Shown here: one piece after another, positions 1-11,933 of the stretch
Layout of the letters: the number at the start of each line of letters is the position of its first letter
How positions within the stretch are numbered: position 1 is the stretch's first letter
NCBI RefSeq assembly: GCF_035084215.1
Contig: NC_090340.1
Location: 3,658,001-3,722,000, forward strand
From: Heptranchias perlo
Taxonomy: Eukaryota
DNA length: 64,000 nucleotides
Direction: 5' to 3'
Notes under the pieces: model-generated
What the model was told of the DNA's origin: nothing
What the model saw: the letters and a program-made list of their open reading frames with translations, nothing else
The model's database searches: none
Program-made: the position numbers and the translations under genes

Positions 1-290
1 TTCGAGGGGTTGAGAGTTGTTTGGAGGGAATTGCTGAGCTTAGGGGCTAGACAGCTGAAGACAATGCCGCCAACACTGGGGCCAAGGGATTAGGGATACG
101 TAAGAGCCGACGGTTGGAGGAACGCAGAGTTCAGGGAGGGTTGTAGGGCTGACGGGGGTTGCGGGTCTGGAGAGGGGCAAAGCCAATAATGGATTAAAAC
201 ACGAGGAAGGTAATTTTAAATGGAAGTGTGGCGGTGGGGGGTGGGGGGGAGAGACCGGGATACAAATTGGTCAGGGAGGTCATAATAACA
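1..290 (-). mobile_element. Degenerate L2-type LINE 3' fragment
   Basis: Resembles the L2 copy at ~30700-30950 (gagggaatt...agct...cagctgaag, ttggagga.cgcaga...gagggttgtaggg). Confidence 0.5.
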
Positions 291-2689
291 ACGATAAGAG
301 ACGGAACTTAAGTTCACCCAAATTGGGACAATTACGAACGAACTAACATGAGAATATGAGGGAATTCCATGAATAGTTAGTGTTTTGCATGAAACAACGA
401 CGTCGTTCCCTACTGGAGGGGGAAGGGGTACTTGAACAGCCGCTGCGTTCCCGTTTCCAGGCTGTTCGTACCTCGGTGTGGACGTGCATTTTCATACCTG
501 ACAGTTCCAAGCCTGAATTTCTTCAGTAGGGCGGTGAACATATATTTCTCGTCATAATCGGGATATCTCAGATATACAGGTTGCAAAGAAAATAACGATT
601 ATTAGGGTGAATACCGGGCATTCCATCTTACGAGTGAGATCAGAGTGAAGTGAGAAAATATGCAAACAGAACCTGCATGTTACAGAAAAGCCTATCATCC
701 CTCCAGGCTTTTGGAATAGCACCTCTCGGTAAAACACGGAGGTTTAGAGTGAAGAATTAATAATATCTATTCTCCAACGTCTTAAACGTTTCGTTGAACT
801 TTCCACTGAGTGTAAATTTGTGAGTTGAGTGAGGGCGCTGTTGTGTTCGCAAAACGTTTTCAGACCCTGAACCCAGAACATCATTAGATTTAGACTCCCG
901 CCTGTCGCTTGTTTCATATTCTAACAGAGAGAATGAGAGAATTTTTCCGTTTAGGGATGTATTTGACGGCTGCAGTTTTATCTATTCATACAAGAATTAA
1001 CTTCTTCTCAATGATAGAATGAATATTTGATAGCTAACGTACCTGTCGTGCGTTTTAGTTGGTTGAAGAGCCAGAAGCATTAATCTGTCGACGATCATTT
1101 CTATTACGTATTGCCGAGGTCCCTTTGGTAATGCAGCGCAATGACCTACCAAACATAATTGAACGACTATTCTTATTTGCGTTTATCCATAAAGGGATTC
1201 CTTGCAGGAATTGTTTTCTTGTCCCTGGTAGCTTGATTAACTTGAAAAGTTGATATGGGCCTTTTTTGAGGGAAACACTGGCATTTTGTATTCTGTTGAA
1301 TAGCTCTGATGCATTGGACACATTATTTATCACCACCGTGAATCGAATCATTTAACATATAGGAATACATTAACAAATCCTTGATCCCTTTGTGAGTTCA
1401 CGTATCACACACCAGAGTGCTGTAAACCAACAGAAACATCCTATTGGAGAATATCTCCGGCGTTTTTTCCGATCTCCTGCCTTAACTATGGTGGAATATC
1501 GGCGTATACCCTGCATAAACGGCGTAAACGGCCTTTCTTCTGTGTTATATTTGTACGTTCTTAACCGAGTGCTTCCCGTTACACCACCGATGTTTTGCAA
1601 ATCAGTAGAGAACTGGAATAAATTGCAGACCTCTCTAACCAGAGATGGTAAAAATGGATCTAGTGATATCAGATTCGATATGGACTGTACCTGAGACTCC
1701 TTGCACATGATGTATGAGCTTATTTTCAATATTGCATCAACATCTGCTGTACAGCGCTTCAGGCAGAATCCAAAGCGTTATGATAAGTCTGAGAGGCATT
1801 GGATGCTGATGAGAAACAATATAGACAGATCTTGTTCTGGTAAGTGTGTCTTTGAAGCTCAATCTAAGGAACTTTTATAACACTGTCGCACAACAGAAAC
1901 AATATTGAATTAAGTACAAATATCGGTTCCAATTCAGCAGGTACGTTCTTGAATGCTCCGAGGACCAAGAATCATCTTGAATTTGATTTATGATCCTGAA
2001 TAGAGAGACAATCGTGGGAACCAAGTCGTGTCTTTTTGAGAGGTGGAAAAGGGGTAAATTGATCTTCGACGGGATCACAAAACGGGCGATAACTAGTTGG
2101 TAGTCAGTTTTACACCGTGCTCGACATTGAAGTCGTTCGATTTGTGCTAGCGCCAGTGCAATTTCACCTCTCAGGTCCCTAGAATAAACACATTGATTTC
2201 AATAAAAATGAAAATGGTAAAACAACAGTTCCAGTCTTTCTGTTTGGGAGTGGGGGTGGGGGGAGTTTAAAATTTACCCTGCATTTCTTGGTCGGGGGGT
2301 TATTGCGTAAGTGTCAATAATTCAGAAGAACGGAAGAAAAGATTCACAATCTTGGTTAGAAGCTACAAGAATGGCTGGTTTGAGAGTTAGGACAATGTGC
2401 AAAGGAAAACTGTTCTGAAATTGAAGTTGGGGCATGTTAAATGGATCACTGTTTCACGTATGGAGGTGCAACACTAAGCCTAGAAATACTTGGTATTCTA
2501 AGTATTTACGTCGTAAATTATTTCATTTTAATTATGTTATAAAAATTGCATATATTGCAAGATCAGTCAACAGTAAGAGAATAACTACTGCTATAATTAT
2601 TATACAGTAATAGCACATACACATAATGAGGGCAACATTGCTGTTCACACTGTGGTGACGATAGAGCCATTCCTCGTCAGGAATAGTGG

Positions 2690-2914
2690 TTAAATAGATC
2701 CAACATCTACCAGCAAACGTACTACGGTGTCTGCATTTGAAATCTTAGGCTTAGCTTCGCTGTTGGCCAATTGTGCCTCTCTTTCCTGGCGTTCCAACCT
2801 TATTGCAGCGTATTCTGTCCGTTTTGCCTTCTGTTTCTGCATTCTTCTTTTCTCTGAACCAGTCATATCTAGAGTAGCATAATTCCCCTTTTTCTCATCA
2901 GTTCGTTGTATGTT
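2690..2914 (-). CDS. Orphan terminal cytoplasmic exon of a third inhibitory IgSF receptor (may be a pseudogene remnant)
   Basis: Acceptor ttttttgctttcgcag| then NIQRTDEKKGNYATLDMTGSEKRRMQKQKAKRTEYAAIRLERQ...*. Tyr at exon positions 12 and 35 and phase 0, exactly as in the last exon of gene A. TEYAAI fits the ITSM consensus. Upstream exons were not found. Confidence 0.7.
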   Translation of the reverse strand, partial: NIQRTDEKKGNYATLDMTGSEKRRMQKQKAKRTEYAAIRLERQEREAQLANSEAKPKISNADTVVRLLVDVGSI

Positions 2915-4208
2915 CTGCGAAAGCAAAAAAAACTATATGGTCAACTAAGATTTCTCATCAGTTTGCAGATCCATATATAAAACAGTTATTATCTATAGCG
3001 TGTTTTGCAAGATAATGACATCTCAGTAAATGTAGCTGTGGCTATCAGTGTGACACCGGTATTGAATTTTGTAGTTTTTAAAATCTTAACGTTGACCTAC
3101 ACAATATGCAATATTCGGGACCTGTAAAATCCACTGCTTCACAACTCACTGGCACTGAAAGGTAATTTTCATGCTCAGGCTGCGATCACAGATATTTCTA
3201 CCTAGTTTTGCACTCAAACGTAGGTCAATGGCCGTTTCATTGTTTATATCAATCTTTCCCCGAAGTTAGGGCAGGAGATGGAGAGATGCACGCAGAATTT
3301 GAGAGCGTCTATTTCTAATTCTATCCCTTTCCACACATTCACGTTACCTCTTGAAATTGAAGCCATTGAAAATCTCAAGGTCACATCAAAAATTTATTTT
3401 GATTCGAATTACTTTTCCCCATTAGAATATTGAAGACCTTGAGTCTTCTTTTCTCGATCTCAAATATCTGGAGCTGCCTTGGTGTCTCCTTCTGTCGCAA
3501 ATATATAATACTAATACTAATTTAATGGGTCTCATCTATGATCACTACAATCCGGGTATCCCCGTTGTATTGTCATGACCATAACTAAACAAAATGCTCC
3601 AGACCAGTGGGGCCAAAACACTGCCTATCCAAAGTTACTGATCACAGAATAAGAAGTGTCCTTCCGTCATTCTTATTATACAAAATGAATGACCCTCAGG
3701 TCTTCCCATTGCAGCCTCCAGTTGTTTCTTAAACAGTCCCATGGTTTTGTTCTGAGCATCCGGATCTCTAGACCATGCGTCGATAGCTCTTTGTGTGAAG
3801 AAAACCATCAATTTATCTGTTAATAGCTTGAATCTATCGCCGCTTGTCCTACTCTTGCAATTTAATTGAATTTATAGTCATTTTCCAGAATTACGGAGTC
3901 CATACTCGTTAGAATCATGTATTCCTCGATACGTTCCACTGCCAGAAGCTTCCTTTTAAGCCTGAAAACTCCAAATTTCTACAGTATATCAATAAAACTT
4001 GGACCTCGAAGACTAGGGTTCTTCTTTGCACTACCTACAACGCTTGAATTTCAACGATCGTTCTAGATGATCAAACTGGACAGAATACTCAAGATGTAAT
4101 CTAACTGTAGGACTGTCCAGTTTTATTATAGCTTTCTCTGAATTCTATTCTATAGTTTTGGCTACGTAGTTCATCATCCTGTTGGCATCATTGGTTGCTC
4201 CTCTGAAT

Positions 4209-7200
4209 TAGAAACATTGGAAATAGGAGCAAGAATAGGCCATTCGGACCGTCGGGCCTGCTCCGCCATTCAAAATTATCATGGCTGATCGTCTAACTCA
4301 GTACCCTGTTCCAGCTTTTTTCCCATACCCCTTGATCCCTTTAGCATTAAAACATATATCTATATCTTTCTTGAATACATCTATTTACTTGCCCTCCACT
4401 GCCTTCTCTGCTAGAGAATTCCACAGGTTCACTACCCTCTGAGTGAAGAAATTTCTCCTCATCTCGGTTCTAAATGGCATACCCGGTATCCTGAGACTGT
4501 GACCCCTGGTTCCGGACTCCCCAGCCATCGGGAATATCCGCCCTGCATCTAGTCTCTCTAGTCCTGTTAGAATTTTATAAGTTTCGATGAGATCTCCTCT
4601 AATTTTTCTAAACTCTATTCAATATAAGCCGAGTCTACTCAATCTCTCCTCATACGTCAGTCCTGCCATCCCAGGATTCAGACTAGAAAACCTTTGTTGC
4701 ACTCCCGTCATGCCAAGGACATCCTTCCTCGGATAAGGAGACCAAATCTGCACAATACTCCAGATGTGGACTCACCATGGCCCTGTATAACTGCAGTAAG
4801 ACATCCCTGCTCCTGTACTCAAATCCTCTTGCATTGAAGGCTAACATGCCATTCGCCTTCCTAACTGCTTGCTGCACCTGAATACTCGTTTTCAGCGACT
4901 GGTGTACAAGGACACCCAGGTCTCGCTGCACCTCCCCTTTTCCCAAGCTATCACCATTCAGGTAATAATCTGTCTTTCTGTTTTTACAACCAAAGTGGAT
5001 AACCTCACATTTATCCACGTTATACTGCATCTGCCATATTCTTGCCCACTCACCCAACTTGTCTAAATCACATTGGAGCCTCTTTCCATCTTGCTCACAG
5101 CTCACATTCCACCCCAGCTTTGTGCCGTCTGCAAATTTGGAAATGTTACATTTAGTTCCCTCATTTAAATCATTGATATATATTGTGAATAGCTGGGGCC
5201 CAAGCACTGCTCACTGCGGTACCCCACTAGTCACTGCCTGCCACCCGGAAAAATACTCGTTTATTCCTACTTCCTGCTTCCTGTCTGTCAACCAATACTC
5301 AATCCATGCCAGTATATTCCCCCCAATCCCATGTGCTTTAATTTTGCACACTAACCTCTTGTGTGGGACCTTACCAAAAGCCTCTGAAAATCCGAGTACA
5401 CCACATCCACAGGTTCTCCCCTATTTATTCTCCTCGTTACATCCTCAAAAAACTCCAGTTGATTTGTTAAGCATGATTTCCCTTTCGTAAACACATGCTG
5501 ACTTTTTCCAATCCCGTTAATGCTTTCCAAGTGCTCTGTTGTCACATCTTTTATAATAGACTCTAGCATTTTCCCCATTACTAACGTTAGGCTAACTGGT
5601 CTGTAATTCTCTGTTTTTCCTCTCCCTCCTTTTTTAAATAGTGGGGTTACATTTGCCACCCTCCAATCTGTAGGAACTGTTCCAGAATCTATAGAATTTT
5701 GGAAGATGATCACCAATGCATCCATTATTTCCAGGGCCACTTTCTTTCGTAATCTGGGATGTGGATTATCAGGCCTGGGGACTTGTCAGCCTTTAGCCTC
5801 AGTAATTTCCCTCGCACTATTTTTTCACTAATGTTGGTTTCCTTCAGTTCCTCCCTTTCACTATTCCCTTGGTTCCTTAACATTTCTGGGAGGTTATTTG
5901 TGTCATCATTTGTGACGATAGAACCAAAGTATGTGTTCAATTGTTCTGCCAATTTTTTGTTCCCCATTATAGTATTATAGTTTATCCCATTTCTGACTGT
6001 AAGGGACCTACATTTGTCTTCACTAATCTTTTTCTATTGACATATTTATAGAAGCTTTTACATTCAGTTTTTATGTTCCCTGCTAGTTTACTCTCATGCT
6101 CTATTTTTCCTCTCTTCATCAATCTCTATGTATCCTTTGCTGAATTCTAAACTGCTCCCAATCCTCAGGGTTGCCGCTTTTTCAGGCAATTTTATATGTT
6201 TCCCCTTTGGATCTAATACTATCCCTAATTTATTTTGTAAGCCACAGTTAAGCCACCTTTCCTGTTTTATTTTTGCGCCAGACAGGAATGAATAATTGTT
6301 GTAATTCCTGCACACATTCTTTAAATATTAGCCATTGCCTAGTCACCGTCATCCCTTTTAGTAAAATTCCCCAATCTATGATAACCAACTCGCACCTCAT
6401 ACTTTCGTAATTTCATTTATTTAGATTCAGGACCGTAGTTTACGACTCAACTATTCATTCTCCATCTTAATGAGGAATTCTATCAAATTATGGTCCCACT
6501 TCCCTAAGGGACCCCGCACAACAAGAATGTTAGTTGATTCTTTCTCATTGCACAACACCCACTCTAGGATCGCCTATTCTCTAGTTGGTCCCTCAACGTA
6601 TTGGTCTAGAAAACCATCACGTACACACTCCAGGAATTCCTCCCCGACAGTATTATTGCTAATTTGGTTTGACCAATCTATATGTAGATTAAAGTCACCC
6701 ATGATTATAGTTGTACCCTTCTTGGAAGCGTCTCTAATTTCCTGTTTAATGCCCTCCCCTACATCTCCACTACTGTTTGGGGGCCTTTCGACAACCCCCA
6801 CCAAGTTTTCTGCCCCTTGGTGTTTCTTAGCTCCATCCATACAGATTCCACATCGTGATTTTCCGAGCCAATATCCTTCCTCACTATTACATTGATTTCC
6901 TCCTTTGCTTAGAACGCTTCACCGTCTCCTTTCTCTTTTTCCTGTCCTTCATAAATATTGAGTACCCCTGGATGTTCAGTTCCCATCCCTACCGCCATGT
7001 CTCCGTAATCACAACTATATCATAACCATTAATATCTATCTGCGTTGTTAATTTGTCCACCTTATGCGAATACTCCGCGCATTAAGCCAGAATGCATTTA
7101 GACTTGTCTTTTTAAGATTGCTAGTCATCTTATTTTTATTTGGCACGATGGCCTTATTTGTTTTTCGCCCTTATTTTCTCTGCCTTCCACTATTGCTTCT

Positions 7201-7626
7201 TCCCTTTCTGTCTTTTGTTTCTAACCCGGTTTTCCCCTCCTCTGTCTTCCTGATCAGTTTCCCATCCCCCTACCATTCTAGTTTAAACCTTCCCCAACAG
7301 CACTAGCAAACAGCCCCGTGAGGACATCGGTCCCGGTTCTGCTCGGGTGTAACCCGTCCTGCTTGTACAGGTACCACCTTCCCCAGAATCTGTCCCAAGG
7401 TTCCAGAAATCTAAATCCTCCCTCCTAAACCATCCCTGCAGCCACGCATTAATCTGGTCTATTCTCCTGCTCCTATAATCACGTGGCACTGGTAGTAATC
7501 CTGAGGTCACTGTCTTTGAGGTCCTGCTTTTTAATTTGTCTCCTAACTCCTTAAATTCACCTTGCAGGATCTCATCTCTTTTTTACCTATGTCGTTGGTA
7601 CCGATATAGACGACGACTACTGGCTG
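4209..7626 (-). mobile_element. CR1 LINE, ~3.4 kb, 5'-truncated and frameshifted (ORF1 esterase-like end, endonuclease, RT, 3' tail)
   Basis: ORFs 4683-5207 (LGPQLFTIYINDL..SKFADGTKL), 5351-5740 (ANVTPLFKKG..NYRPVSLT), 6574-6840 (IIMGDFN) and 7283-7510 (LLPVPR..INAWLQGW). Confidence 0.92.
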
Positions 7627-9099
7627 AATTGATTGAATGTGTTTACCATCAAATCAAATAAATCTCCAGCTCACTCAAATTTAGGTAATCACTATTAATG
7701 GAGGAGATATGGTGCCTATGAACGTTGTTATTTGTCTATTAAATTGTATCTGACATTATTCTACGTATTTATATATTTTATACAACCGCTTCTATAATTT
7801 TTGCGCTGCTTCGTCCAATGTCAATGTCATTGCAGTTTGGTATCATCTGTAAATCTATAATGATCCATCGTTTTTAGCTATCAATCCTAATTTGTATCTT
7901 AATACTACATTGCTTTGAATGTCGTGCTGAAGGTTTCAAGGACAACAACAACAATCCACAAGCATCATTTCTACCCATATAAAACAGAAACTTACTCGGA
8001 CATAAAACTACAGACCTCATGTGCCAGTGCATCATTTTACCTGTACATTTCTGGTAATGCCTGGAAAAAAAATGATGATAAACGCACTCAGAGCGTACCA
8101 GTTACGTTTTAATGAAGGGACAGTGGGAAACCATGGGAAGTCCACTCTGCAGCCCAGCAGCACAATATTTTCTGGGCAAAATGTGCTAACACCACTAATT
8201 TACTGGAGGCAGAATATCAGTCCCTAGTTTATATCCTTTATTCAATCTCTACCTATATCTGTCATTATCTGTTGGTTTGTGCGGCGTTAACAATGTCATA
8301 GTCTCCAGACACTAACATCTCCTTTTCCTGGTGGACAGACCAGGCCCACTAGGGCTCCAGCCCTTACCATGATTGCAAACTGAGCCCTGAACTCTGCTTT
8401 GAGCAGCGACTCAACGGTTTCTTGAACCGCTCGATGGATTTGTTCTCAAGTTGAAAAGTTTCTCCTTTAACTCCACTCACTTCCTCCCTATCAAAAATAT
8501 TACTGGTAGAGATACATGGGTCCTAGCGCTGTGTATTTTTGTTGGATATGTAAAACACTCTTACGTGTAATTGAGACTTTGGGGGATGGTAAAAAATGGA
8601 CGATATCCAACCATAGAATCATATAGCAGAGGAGGAGGTCATTTGGCCCTTCGTTTCTGCTCCGGATCTCTGAAAGAGCTCCCAATTATTCCCACTCTCT
8701 TTCCCCATAGCCCTGCAATTCTTTACCATTTTAAGTAGAGATCCAATTGAAATTGAAAGCACATTATACACATCACCCAGTCTTCCCTTCCATTTGCTGA
8801 ATAATGAACACATCGCATGTTTTACACCGTCGCCGAAAGTTAAAATCGCTCCCTTTGGCGATAAAATTTGTCTTGGCGTGTATTGCAAAACAAGCGATAG
8901 GGAATTGGCAGCGCGTTTGACACTCCGCTCGATTGTCTTTTCCATTAACTTTAACTGGAAAACAAATGCGCAGGATGTAAGGCTGTCGATTCCCTATTGC
9001 CCGTTTTGCGATATGGAGAAAGGCCAGTGTCATCTCCGCTCTATTTCTGTACCTTTCATATCTTTTCTGATTTTTTATGCCAGGTCATTTCATGTTTCC

Positions 9100-9720
9100 A
9101 CTCTGGAATGATTAACAGGACCGTCGCCTGTTTTTCCCCTAGACCCCAGGCTCCAATTGTTTCCCCACCCCCTCATCTCAGCGAAAACAGCGATCCCTTG
9201 TCCCCACATTCGCTTCCATTTCCCAATTTACCGTCGTCTATTTTTAGGACCTCTTTTGTCCCCTTTGTTGAAGGACTTGTCCCGCATAATATTCTTGTTG
9301 ACTACCCTTGCTCTTCAGATGCCGTACCCCTAGCATCTCCATGTGTACCGGAGGAAATGCAATGGCCGTCCATTGGTATTCTCCCGCACTACTGTACAGG
9401 CTAAAAAGCATTCCTTCCATTTGTAATAGCATTTCATGCACACTTCCTACGATCTCGTAAAGCTTATTGACTGCTCTCTTCTAAATTGGGCAGTTTACAT
9501 GATCATTTCGTTGATCATTTCATTGTACTTGCCTGTTTGATCCTCACCTCCTCACTGGCAGTAACTGTCACTTTGAGTAACGCTTTCATTCCTACTCAGG
9601 CCGCTTGTCCTCTAATTTCATATACTGTTCCAACGAAGCCAAATACAAGATTCAGGAGCAGTGTCCTGTCTTGCTGCTCCACATTCTGTAGCTATTTGGT
9701 TTGAACATTCCCTTTATTAA
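9100..9720 (+). mobile_element. Highly degenerate Penelope-like element fragment (GIY-YIG side)
   Basis: Recognised from overall sequence resemblance only; no intact ORF. Confidence 0.35.
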
Positions 9721-9804
9721 TTTCATACCTCAGCAATATGCTCTATTTTCTCAATAGGGAAATTATCAACCTTCAACAGCAAAACTACATCATAGGACGA
9801 TAAT

Positions 9805-9817
9805 TAGATAGCGAATG

Positions 9818-9901
<84 letters not shown>

Positions 9902-10030
9902 TTATGTAGATGATAGATATATAGATGATGTAGATTGATAGATTAATAGATGAGAGATGGATAGAGAGATAGATAGATAGATACATACATACATGCATAC
10001 ATACAGAAATGCATCGATACATAGATAGTA
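9805..10030. repeat. Compound microsatellite (TA)n-(GA)n-(GATA)n-(TACA)n
   Basis: Directly visible tandem repeats. Confidence 0.97.
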
Positions 10031-10034
10031 ACGT

Positions 10035-10830
10035 AAGAACATAAGAAATAAGAGCTGGAGTAGGCCATAAGGCCCATCGAGCCTGTTGGGACATTCAATA
10101 AGGCCATGGCTGATCTTCGACCTCAACTCTACTTTCCCGCCGGATCAATTTATCCCTTGGTTACCTTAGAGTCCAAAATCCACCGATCTCAGTCTTGAAT
10201 ATACTTAACAACTGAGCAGCCACAGCCCTCTGGGGTAGATAATTCCAAAGATTCACAACCCTCTGAGTGAAGAAATTTCTCCTCTTCTCAATCCTAAATG
10301 GCCAATCCCTTATCCTGAGACTATGCCACTAGATATTGGCTCTCCATCCAGGGAAAACAGCCTTTCAGCATTTACCCTATCAAGCACTGTAAGAATCTTT
10401 TATGTCTCAATGAAATCTCCCCTTATTCTTCTAAACTAGAGAGAGTATAGGCCCATTCTCCTCAATTCCTCCTCATAGGCTCGCCCTCTCATCCATGGGT
10501 TCAATCTAGTGAACACTTGGTGCACCGCCTCTATAGAAAGGAGATCCTTCCTGATGTAAGGAGATGAAAACTATACGCAGTACTCCAGGGAGTGGTCTCA
10601 TCAAAGCACTGTACAACTGAAGCAAGACTTCCTTACTCTTGTACTCCAACCCCCTTGGAATGAAGGCCAAAATCCCTTTGGCTTCCCAATTGCTTGCTAT
10701 ACGTGCACGTTAGCTTTCTGTGTTTTGTGTACAAGGACACGGAGATCTGTCTGAACACCGACATTTAATAGTTTCTCACCATTTAAAAATATTTTGTCTT
10801 TCTATTCTTCCTACCGAAGTGAATAATCTC
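10035..10830 (-). mobile_element. CR1 LINE 3' part, split by the LTR element inserted at 10831
   Basis: 3' tail taagaacataagaaataagagctggagtaggcc. The sequence resumes at 17798, matching the intact CR1 copy at ~4990 (aagtggataacctcacattt). Confidence 0.88.
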
Positions 10831-11687
10831 TGTTTGAAATATGCTATTAGTAATGCTACCAAGGGTTGTTAATCCTTCTTAATAATAACTTCCGCAATGA
10901 TTTTGGGCCCGAGTGCAAAAGCAATGTTCTAGTGCGGTTATGCCAAATAACAAGCATTCATATAACAACGTTCTAATACAGTTATATCAAATAAACAAGG
11001 ATGGTATAACCTGTACCGAGGAAGTTTCAAGATAATCAGACCGGGTATCATAGGGTGTGTGGGCCTGCGTCGCCCAGAAGCTACTTCAAACTCTAGTGGG
11101 TCAGTATTCGAGTTTATATAACTTTCTGAAGCGTACTTACTTCTAGTAGCTTCTGGTAGCTTAACGACATTAGTCCCATGACGTTGTCTGTCCCTGACGT
11201 CTCTCCCCAGGGCGCCCATCGTTCCAGATGTCTTTATCGATTCGATGTTGTTAACTGTTATGCATTCTATGTACCTTATGAGCGAAGCCTTGCAATTATC
11301 TTCCGGTGTATTTTGATTGTTCGGATGTCGACGTTCAAGTGGACTCATCCTGTATATGCCAATCACGAAAGTTACCTAATTATCTGAAAAAAAAGATCCT
11401 GCAATTAATATAACAGCATTAGTCTGTATCCAGGTCCTGAGTCTTTGATTATGCCTTGGGACGTTTCTGACAATTGGTCCTCCATGTCTCGGTTTCACAG
11501 TTTTATTGCCTCTGCAATATTCTCAGTCATTTGCTTAATGTCAGGCCTATCATTTCCTGTGGGATGCTGGTTCACATTTGTATTATTACAGATGCAAGGC
11601 CTGCGCTTCGCTTTTTAGCCAAGTGTCTGAAGCTTTGTAGGACGGAATACATGACTATGATTTGATCTAGAAATCGTATTTCTTACA
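10831..11687 (-). repeat. 3' LTR (~857 bp)
   Basis: TG...CA ends. 11290-11687 is repeated at ~17390-17797 (13 differences in an 80-nt sample). TATAAA on the minus strand at ~11113-11118. Confidence 0.85.
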
Positions 11688-11700
11688 TCTCTCTCCCTTT
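11688..11700 (-). promoter_or_regulatory. Polypurine tract (AAAGGGAGAGAGA) immediately upstream of the 3' LTR
   Basis: Plus strand tctctctcccttt abuts the LTR start TGTAAG. Confidence 0.8.
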
Positions 11701-11933
11701 GACCCTGAGTGCAACCACTCTGGGTCATTTTTCAACTTACTTCCGCATTTAACCTTTGTCATGGTCTTACCTAGCATCACCTTGGGTTTACATTTTATCA
11801 ATATTATGTTCATATAAACACACATAGACATATATTGCTTCAGCGGGCCCCGTTTGTCAATAAGGACCCACTGAATCAATATGCGCAACATAATTAATTG
11901 CCATAATACACAACATTGAAAAATAATTAATAG

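Noticed and set aside
498-626. Leader-like MECPVFTLIIVIFFATCISE on the minus strand with a downstream CAG|GTATGA donor; possible first exon of a further gene
   Set aside because: In-frame TGA at 552-554 before the donor, no phase-1 donor after the hydrophobic core, and no downstream exon inside the window.
3414-3501. Possible cytoplasmic exon upstream of the orphan ITIM exon (acceptor tttgcgacag)
   Set aside because: The phase-1 reading has a stop and the phase-0 reading needs a weak GTCTTC donor; no clear homology to gene A exons.
8041-8060. 20-nt micro-exon candidate (ttttttccag|GCATTACCAGAAATGTACAG|gtaaaa)
   Set aside because: Too short to validate and no associated TM exon found.
9804-10126. 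ORFs rich in YLSI repeats
   Set aside because: Translation of the (GATA)n microsatellite.
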